Shown here piece by piece: positions 17,500-24,020 of a stretch of DNA of 64,000 bases; position 1 is the first letter of the stretch, and each line of letters opens with the position of its first letter. The notes under the pieces are model-generated. The model searched no databases and had not been told where the DNA came from. It saw only the letters and a program-made list of their open reading frames with translations. Position numbers and translations under genes: made by a program. The DNA is taken from contig SCTZ01000085.1 of NCBI GenBank assembly GCA_004297765.1, positions 10,240-74,239 of the forward strand. The letters run 5' to 3'. This DNA comes from Chloroflexota bacterium (GTDB lineage Bacteria; Chloroflexota; Dehalococcoidia; FW602-bin16).

Positions 17500-19465
17500 G
17501 TCGCTCCAGGCGGGCGCCTGGGGGAACCTGGTGGACCTGACGGTGGCTTTGCTTCAGGCCGGCGCCGTCCAGTGGCTCTACTTCTGTCTGTCCTGGCTAC
17601 TAGTCAGCTTCGCGTTCCTGCTCCTGTTTGCACGGACGAGCGCGCGCCCCCCCGCGTGGGCAAGCCGACTGTTTCGGCTCGGCATCCTTAGTCTAGCAGC
17701 GCTGGGTTACGCGGCCCTGACGGGGCAGCTTATCCTCGCCGCTGTCTTCTTCCTGCTGACCTGGTACGTCTCGGGACGACTGCAGGAGCGCCTACCCGAT
17801 TGGAGCGTGCTGGGCGTGCAGCACTTCGCCGCCATCGCCGTCGGCTCCTTGCTGCTCCTCCTGCTGATAGCAGCCGATCTGCGCTGGCTGTGGGGAGACC
17901 ATGTGGCCCTGGCCGTGGCGGGCGGCTTCTTCGTGGCCGACGTTCTCATAACCGCCATCTCCATCGGCTACGCCTTCGAGCCTCTGGACGTCTTATGTCG
18001 AGTTCGCTGGCGACGTCTCTTCCCGCCCATCGCCTTCCGCACCGGGTTCTACCCGATGGTATCCATCCACGTTCCGGCCCACTCCGAGCCCGTGGAGATG
18101 GTGAAGCAAACCCTGCGCTCGCTGGTGCAGTTGGACTACCCCAACTACGAGATCATCATGGTGGATGACAACACGGCCGAGCCGGAGCTGTGGGAGCCGG
18201 TGATGGAGTACTGCCGGCAACACGGCATCCGCACCTACCACCTGGAGGCCTACCCTGGCTTCAAGTCGGGCGCCCTGAACTTCGCGCTGGCCCAGATGCA
18301 CCCGGAGGCCCAGATCATCGCGGTGGTGGACTCGGATTACCAGGTCCAGCGTGATTACCTCAAGCGCACCGTGGGTTACTTCGAGAACCCCGAGGTGGCC
18401 TTCGTGCAGACGCCGCAGGCCTTTCGGGAGGTGGACAGCCCATACCTGGAGCGCATCGATCTATCGCAGCGCTACTTTTTTGACGTCGGCATGCGCACGC
18501 GCAACGAGCGCAACGCCATCATCTTCTGCGGCACGATGGGGCTGATCCGCAGAAGCGCCTTGCGACGGGCGGGTGGCTGGGGCGAGTGGTGCGTCACCGA
18601 AGACGCCGAGCTAAGCCTGCGCCTGCTGGGCAAGGGCTACTCCGGCGCGTACATTCATGAGGTCTTCGGGCGTGGTCTGCTGCCGCTGACCTTCGACGAC
18701 CTGCGCAAACAGCGCTTCCGCTGGGCCCTGGGCGGCGTGCAGATTCTCAAAGCCTACCTGCTTCCGCTGCTGGGCCTCGGCTTCGGCGAGCGCAAGCTGC
18801 GTCTTACCCTTTCCCAGCGGCTGGCCTATCTACTGGGCGGATTCGGCTGGTTTGCCGATCTACTGGTGCTCGTCTTCAGCCTGGCCCTGCTCGGCATCGT
18901 GGGCGCCGACATTCTCGGTCTCCGCACTCCCGTGCGTATGCTAAGCGGTCCGCTGCTGCTGCCGCCCCTGCTCTTCATCTACGCGGGCATCCTGCGCACC
19001 GTCTGGGCCCTGCGCCAGAGCACCGGCTGCAGTTGGCTAACGGCTCTCGGCGCCTTCTGGACCTGGCTCAGCTTGAGCCTGACGGTCGCGCGGGCCTGTA
19101 TCAGTGGACTCATCGTCTCCCGGGCCGCCTTCCTGCGCACGCCAAAGACCGGAGACTCGCCGTCGCCCTTCGACGCGCTAGCCAGCCTGCGCCCCGAGTT
19201 GCTCCTGGGTCTGGCCCTCTCGGCCGCCGTCCCGGCCCTGCTCATCCATCAGCCCAGCCTCCAGACGGCCCTGATCTCGGGACTCCTGGCCTGGCATGCC
19301 TGCGTTTACTGGAGCGCCCCCTGGAACGCCTGGGGCTCCTACTCCGGCACCTCCCCAACCTGGCGCCTAGTCGCCCGCGCCGGCATCCTCTTCGCGGTGG
19401 TGCCACTAGCGCTATGGCTGGGGTTGTTGTGGGCACTGCCGGGAATGTCTCTGCGCGGGCTATAG
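17471..19465 (+). CDS. processive family-2 glycosyltransferase, multi-TM (cellulose/chitin/PNAG-synthase-like)
   Basis: GT2 core DYPNYEIIMVDDNT, DSDY, TEDAELSLR and the QxxRW motif (KQRFRWALGG), flanked by several TM helices. Start taken at MPGPISN (17471), which overlaps the kinase 3' end. Confidence 0.85.
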   Translation: MPGPISNILESLQAGAWGNLVDLTVALLQAGAVQWLYFCLSWLLVSFAFLLLFARTSARPPAWASRLFRLGILSLAALGYAALTGQLILAAVFFLLTWYVSGRLQERLPDWSVLGVQHFAAIAVGSLLLLLLIAADLRWLWGDHVALAVAGGFFVADVLITAISIGYAFEPLDVLCRVRWRRLFPPIAFRTGFYPMVSIHVPAHSEPVEMVKQTLRSLVQLDYPNYEIIMVDDNTAEPELWEPVMEYCRQHGIRTYHLEAYPGFKSGALNFALAQMHPEAQIIAVVDSDYQVQRDYLKRTVGYFENPEVAFVQTPQAFREVDSPYLERIDLSQRYFFDVGMRTRNERNAIIFCGTMGLIRRSALRRAGGWGEWCVTEDAELSLRLLGKGYSGAYIHEVFGRGLLPLTFDDLRKQRFRWALGGVQILKAYLLPLLGLGFGERKLRLTLSQRLAYLLGGFGWFADLLVLVFSLALLGIVGADILGLRTPVRMLSGPLLLPPLLFIYAGILRTVWALRQSTGCSWLTALGAFWTWLSLSLTVARACISGLIVSRAAFLRTPKTGDSPSPFDALASLRPELLLGLALSAAVPALLIHQPSLQTALISGLLAWHACVYWSAPWNAWGSYSGTSPTWRLVARAGILFAVVPLALWLGLLWALPGMSLRGL

Positions 19466-19572
19466 CCTCGATGACGCCTGGTCTGTCGCCCAGCCGGCTT
19501 ATCATGGTGCTGTTCCCCAAGACTGGGCTGGTTTTGATGTCGACGACATCATCGGGCTAGCGAACTCACAAT

Positions 19573-19715
19573 CCCCTTTCTCTTCGCAAAGAGAGAGCAT
19601 ACCTGTTCCCTCCTCCTTTGCGAAGGGATAGCATACCTGTTCCCTCTCCCTTTGCGAAGGGATAGCATACCTGTTCCCTTTCCCTTCGCGAAGGGAGAGG
19701 GTTAGGGTGAGGGTC
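19573..19715. repeat. four tandem copies of a ~34-bp hairpin unit (CTCYCCTTTGCGAAGGGAKA + GCATACCTGTT)
   Basis: Direct reading: ...ctcttcgcaaagagagagcatacctgtt / ccctcctcctttgcgaagggatagcatacctgtt / ccctctccctttgcgaagggatagcatacctgtt / ccctttcccttcgcgaagggagagggttagggtgagggt. Confidence 0.8.
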
Positions 19716-19821
19716 CCCCGGGCCACTGATTTCACAAACGTCTCTACTGCAAGTCCCATGGTGGGATCTTATCCACCCGTCAGCATTGGCTCCGATCGGC
19801 GGCCCATAGGCGCCAGGCGCT

Positions 19822-19866
19822 AAACCCTCACCCTGGCCCTCTCCCTTCTGCGGAAAGGAGAGGGGA
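19822..19866. repeat. inverted-orientation copy of the same hairpin element
   Basis: aaaccctcaccctggccctctcccttctgcggaaaggagagggg mirrors the gggagagggttagggtgagggt end of the tandem array. Confidence 0.65.
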
Positions 19867-19989
19867 CCGTCTCGTGGTCGCCATCACGAACTTCCTGATG
19901 GGAAAGAGTATAACTGTCCCCTCTACCTCTCCTTGCGTTAACAAATAGTAAACAAATAAGCGCTCTGGCTGATGAACGGTCAAAAGTTA

Positions 19990-20018
19990 TTGACAGCAGC
20001 GACCTAGCTTGCTACAGT
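19990..20018 (+). promoter_or_regulatory. sigma-70-like promoter (TTGACA-17 nt-TACAGT)
   Basis: TTGACA at 19990-19995, a 17-nt spacer, then TACAGT at 20013-20018, about 200-260 nt upstream of the NHL gene. Confidence 0.55.
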
Positions 20019-20107
20019 ATCGCTGCACTTCTGTTACAAGCAAACTTGGGAAAGCGTCGATCCCAGATCTGTAACGTGGTCACCTCGGTCTGGTGGAGCT
20101 ACTGCTG

Positions 20108-20139
20108 AAACCGACCCTTCGATATGCGGGTCGGTTTTT
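20108..20139 (+). terminator. intrinsic terminator inside the 5' leader of the NHL gene (attenuator, riboswitch expression platform, or sRNA end)
   Basis: AAACCGACCC-ttcgatatgc-GGGTCGGTTTTT: an 8-10 bp GC-rich stem plus a U-tract. It lies about 85-115 nt downstream of the predicted promoter and 75-135 nt upstream of the candidate start codons. Confidence 0.6.
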
Positions 20140-20273
20140 GTGCCCAGACTCTCGGACAGAGACCCGCGCGGTTGTCCTGTGTCTGAACGTATCAAGAACG
20201 CGAGGAGGCAGCCATGATGAACAAACCGGTGAAAGGGCCGAGTTGGGTCCCTGGTGTGACGTGCAAAGGGGCA

Positions 20274-22898
20274 ATGGTGATGAAGCTTCTCTTGGCTGCG
20301 TTGCTTGTGGCTATGCTGGCGGGCGCTGTCGTTGGGAGCGCGGCGGACGATTACGTCTTCCTGGCACAGTGGGGTAATGAGGGAAACGGGCGGTTCAACA
20401 ACCCCTTAGGGATCGCGGCGGATTCCGCCGGCAACGTCTACGTCGTGGACTCCGGGAACAGCCGCGTCCAGAAATTCACGAGTACTGGGACCTTCCTCAC
20501 AAAGTGGGGCTCCTCGGGTGGCAGCGTCGGGCAGTTCCGCAACCCGAATGGGATCGCGGTCGACTCCACCGGGAACGTCTACGTCGCCGACACCGACAAC
20601 AATCGCGTCCAGAAGTTCACCAGCACGGGCAGCTTCCTCACCGCCTGGGGCTCCTCAGGGGGCGGCAACGGGCAATTCCAAAACCCGTCCGGTATCGCTG
20701 TCGACGCAACTGGCAACGTCTACGTAGCTGACCCCGGAAACAATCGTATCCAGAAGTTCACCGGCACAGGTACCTTCCTGACCGCCTGGGGCTCTGCCGG
20801 AAGTGGGAGCGGTCAGTTCATCAACCCGGCTGGGATCGCGGTCGACTCCTTAAGCAATGTCTTCGTCGCGGACTCCGGCAACGACCGCATCCAAAAGTTC
20901 ACCGGAACAGGCGGCTTCCTTGCAACCTGGGGCTCCTCTGGCGTCGGAGACGGGCAGTTCATCCGCCCCTCCGAAATCGCTCTCGATTCGGCTGGCAACG
21001 TCTATGTAGCGGACTCCGGCAACGATCGCGTCCAGAAGTTCACCGACACCGGAGGCTTCCTGACTAAGTTTGGCTCCTTCGGCTACGGCTGGGGACAATT
21101 CAGGAACCCGTACGGAATCGCCGTTGACCCCGCGGGCAGTGTGTTCGTTGCCGACAACGGCAACAATCGTGTCCAGAAGTTTGGCAGCACGGGGACCTAC
21201 ATAGCCGGCTGGGGATCTCATGGCGGCCCTTCGTTCCCTAGTAGCGGCGATGGGGAGTTCAGCTCTCCGGAGGGGGTCGCGGTCGACGCAGCCGGTAACG
21301 TCTACGTGGCTGACCGGGAGAACAGTCGCGTCCAGAAGTTCACGAGCAGCGGGAGCTTTCTCACGAAGTGGGGCTCCTCGGGCTCCAACAACGGACAGTT
21401 CGGCTGGCCGAGCGGCATCGCTGTTGACGCTGCGGGTAATGTCTACGTGGCTGAAGCGTGGAACGACCGTGTTCAGAAGCTTACCAGCAACGGGAGCTTC
21501 CTCACCAAATGGGGCGCCCGCGGTGTCGGCAACGGGCAGTTCCAGGGTCCGCACGGGATCGCAGTCGACGCTGCGGGCAACGTCTACGTGGCTGACTCCG
21601 GGAACAGCCGCATCCAGAAGTTCACGAGCAGCGGGAGCTTCCTCACAAAGTGGGGCGCCTCCGGCAGCGGCAACGGACAGTTCCATTGGCCGAACGGCAT
21701 TGCCATCGACGCTGCGGGCAACGTCTACGTGGCTGACTCCGGGAACAGCCGTATTCAGAAGTTCACTGGCACAGGGAGCTTCCTGGCCGCCTGGGGCTCC
21801 TCAGGCAACGGCAACGGACAGTTCTATGGACCGAACGGCATTGCTGTCGACGCTGCGGGCTACGTCTACGTGGCTGATGGAACGAACAATCGTGTCCAGA
21901 AGTTCACCAGCACGGGAGGTTTTCTCACAACCTGGGGCTCCCAGGGCCGCAGCAAAGGTCAGCTCCTCAACCCGTATGGCATCGCGATCAACGCCGCGGG
22001 CAGCGTCTACGTTGCAGATCGCAACAACCAACGCATCCAGGTGTTCGCTCTCGCCTCTTCGGGCGGAACACCCACCCCCACGGCTACCAGCACGCCAACG
22101 GCGACGCCCACACCCTCGATCACGCCGACGCCGACGGTCACCAGCACGCCGACCAGGACACCGACGCCCACGCCAACCCCAGCACCCGCCGTCGCCATTC
22201 GCAACGTGCAGGCCTCGCCCAACCCCTTCAACCCGTCGCAGACGGGAACAACCCTGAGCTTTGATCTCACGGCCTCCTGTGGCAACACCCTGGCCGCCAT
22301 CTTCGACATGAATGGGGCAGGTGTGCTGAAACACTGGGCTCTGGGCGCACGGTCAGCGGGCACGCAAAGCGTAGCGTGGGATGGCAAGAACTCGGCGGGC
22401 AGCACTCTGGGAGAGGGCATGTATGCCTTCTTTGCCGTCTGTCTGGATGCGGGAGGCAACGCCATAGCCGTCGGCTCAGATCTCGTCAACATCAGCCCGA
22501 TTATCTACAACATGACGATCACTCCGGAACCCTATTACCCGCAGACAGGCATCGCCACCCTTGGCTTCAACCTGTCACTGGCGAACGGGGGCTTCACCAC
22601 GGCGGTAATCCTCGATTCGCAAGGTACGCAGGTCAAAGCGTTCCTCTGGCAGATCAGCCCTTCCGCGGGATCCGTCAGCTACCTCTGGGATGGGAAGGAC
22701 AACGGAGGGAACGTAGTGCCGAACGGGCGCTACTCCTACGTAGTAGCGGCCGTGGACCCGAGCAACATGAGTCAGATGCACGTTGGGGTCGTGCTGTTAG
22801 ACGTGGGCACGCCGCTGGCCGCTGGGGCCGCGCAGGCAGAGCCATGGGCACAGGAAGCAACCGAACAACTCCGCAAGATAGCCAACGGCTCACGCTAG
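20274..22898 (+). CDS. secreted NHL-repeat protein (12 blades) with Thr/Pro linker and two FlgD-Ig-like C-terminal domains
   Basis: Signal peptide MVMKLLLAALLVAMLAGAVVGSAA. Twelve ~47-aa repeats of the form GQFxxPxGIAVDxxGNVYVADxGNxRIQKFTxxGxFLTxWGSxG. TPTPT linker. C-terminal FlgD-Ig-type modules (VAWDGKNSAG...GMYAF; YLWDGKDNGGNVVPNGRYSY). Confidence 0.85.
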   Translation: MVMKLLLAALLVAMLAGAVVGSAADDYVFLAQWGNEGNGRFNNPLGIAADSAGNVYVVDSGNSRVQKFTSTGTFLTKWGSSGGSVGQFRNPNGIAVDSTGNVYVADTDNNRVQKFTSTGSFLTAWGSSGGGNGQFQNPSGIAVDATGNVYVADPGNNRIQKFTGTGTFLTAWGSAGSGSGQFINPAGIAVDSLSNVFVADSGNDRIQKFTGTGGFLATWGSSGVGDGQFIRPSEIALDSAGNVYVADSGNDRVQKFTDTGGFLTKFGSFGYGWGQFRNPYGIAVDPAGSVFVADNGNNRVQKFGSTGTYIAGWGSHGGPSFPSSGDGEFSSPEGVAVDAAGNVYVADRENSRVQKFTSSGSFLTKWGSSGSNNGQFGWPSGIAVDAAGNVYVAEAWNDRVQKLTSNGSFLTKWGARGVGNGQFQGPHGIAVDAAGNVYVADSGNSRIQKFTSSGSFLTKWGASGSGNGQFHWPNGIAIDAAGNVYVADSGNSRIQKFTGTGSFLAAWGSSGNGNGQFYGPNGIAVDAAGYVYVADGTNNRVQKFTSTGGFLTTWGSQGRSKGQLLNPYGIAINAAGSVYVADRNNQRIQVFALASSGGTPTPTATSTPTATPTPSITPTPTVTSTPTRTPTPTPTPAPAVAIRNVQASPNPFNPSQTGTTLSFDLTASCGNTLAAIFDMNGAGVLKHWALGARSAGTQSVAWDGKNSAGSTLGEGMYAFFAVCLDAGGNAIAVGSDLVNISPIIYNMTITPEPYYPQTGIATLGFNLSLANGGFTTAVILDSQGTQVKAFLWQISPSAGSVSYLWDGKDNGGNVVPNGRYSYVVAAVDPSNMSQMHVGVVLLDVGTPLAAGAAQAEPWAQEATEQLRKIANGSR

Positions 22899-23073
22899 AG
22901 GTTGGGTGTGCCATCGGGAGGAGCCCGGGATGGGCTCCTCCCGATGCAGTTGTTCCAACCGGTCGCCATCTCAGGATGCGCAACGGTCGCGTGGGGGCGC
23001 GGCGTCAACGGATCGAGAGCGGATAAGCGGATAGGTCTATCTTCTAGTAATCATTCCTTCCTTCGACACGCTG

Positions 23074-23481
23074 TCAGCGAGAGCGCGGGCAGCGGAGCCC
23101 CAGGCTTCGGTGTAGCGCTAGATCCACTGCGGCCATCTTGTCGACACTGAGCCGACCAATCGGACGCAAAATGTTCTCCCCTCTCGGGGGCAGTATGCGC
23201 ATGGTCGCGGGGTCAGATGAGATCGTCCGCAGTTGCGCGCAGTTGACGACGCTGCGCTCAGGAAGCCCTGACTCGTGAGGCTCCACAACCACCATGAACG
23301 GATAGTGGGGATCGGGGACGGTCCTGGTTATGATCGCCACGATCGTCGTGGGGCTAAAGCGGTTGCCAAGGTCGTTCTGAATCACAAGCGCCGGTCGTAG
23401 TCCGCCTTGCTCCCTCCCTTTTTTCGGCTCGAAATCGACCCAGTAGATCTCACCCCTCCGCACTGGGTTTCTCCGGTGCAT
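23074..23481 (-). CDS. mazF: MazF/PemK-family mRNA interferase toxin
   Basis: RRGEIYWVDFEPKKGREQGGLRPALVIQND...TIVAIITR...VVNCAQLRTIS is the canonical PemK/MazF pattern. It overlaps the upstream antitoxin gene. Confidence 0.85.
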   Translation of the reverse strand: MHRRNPVRRGEIYWVDFEPKKGREQGGLRPALVIQNDLGNRFSPTTIVAIITRTVPDPHYPFMVVVEPHESGLPERSVVNCAQLRTISSDPATMRILPPRGENILRPIGRLSVDKMAAVDLALHRSLGLRCPRSR

Positions 23482-23764
23482 CGGGCCACGCGGCGTCTTC
23501 CTTGATCACTTCCCAGAACGACTCCATCCCCTCCTCGGAGAGATCGAGGTTCTCCTGCGCCATGGTCTTGTACCCGGCGACCATTAAGGCTTCGATCTCA
23601 TGCTCCTCGATCTCCGCGATCATGGCGTCAATAGCCTCCGATCGGCTGACGCCGCGCTCACGAGCCTTGCGGTCCGCATACTCCACCGACTCGGGCCGAA
23701 GGGTCACGGTAACCTTCTCGCGACGCCCCTCGGACGACGGGGCGCGGCCAGTACGCCTGTTCAT
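23450..23764 (-). CDS. ribbon-helix-helix antitoxin (MazE-like partner)
   Basis: 104-aa acidic protein with an RHH-like segment (KVTVTLRPESVEYADRKARERGVSRSEAIDAMI). It overlaps mazF by 32 nt. Confidence 0.7.
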   Translation of the reverse strand: MNRRTGRAPSSEGRREKVTVTLRPESVEYADRKARERGVSRSEAIDAMIAEIEEHEIEALMVAGYKTMAQENLDLSEEGMESFWEVIKEDAAWPDAPEKPSAEG

Positions 23765-24020
23765 AGCTCGCTCCTTTCCCGTGATTTGGAAACCATCTCA
23801 GAACTGCGAGATCTGTTAGTCATCAACGTAAGCATACCACTGAATAGTACGATACTCCAGCGTACCACTGGGGTGTACACGCAATCGTACCTCACCGACC
23901 TAGAGGTTGACAGATGCCCTGAACCAGAATACCATGTGGGCGTCGATTCGGTTAGCAGAGTTCCCCAGGGGTGGTTCGATGGACAGCAGCAGCAGGTGTC
24001 GCAGCAACCTCCGTTGTCGA

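Noticed and set aside
19573-19866. Tandem 34-bp palindromic repeats, considered as a CRISPR array
   Set aside because: The units are contiguous with no unique spacers, the repeats are too few, and no cas genes are nearby.
20025-20140. NHL leader as a c-di-GMP-I (GEMM-I) riboswitch
   Set aside because: It contains GCAAAC and a GAAA-like loop. However, I could not find the ACGCAAAGC core or the two-hairpin architecture, so it is left as an unclassified leader.
20390-22040. Regular ~141-bp DNA periodicity, considered as a possible CRISPR or satellite
   Set aside because: The period equals one NHL blade in an intact reading frame. There is no repeat-spacer structure.
20850-22492. Several long ORFs on both strands inside the NHL gene (20850..21686, 21220..22257, 21801..22334, 22007..22492)
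   Set aside because: These are alternative frames of a high-GC repetitive coding region. Only the frame starting 20214/20274 gives a signal peptide and regular NHL repeats.
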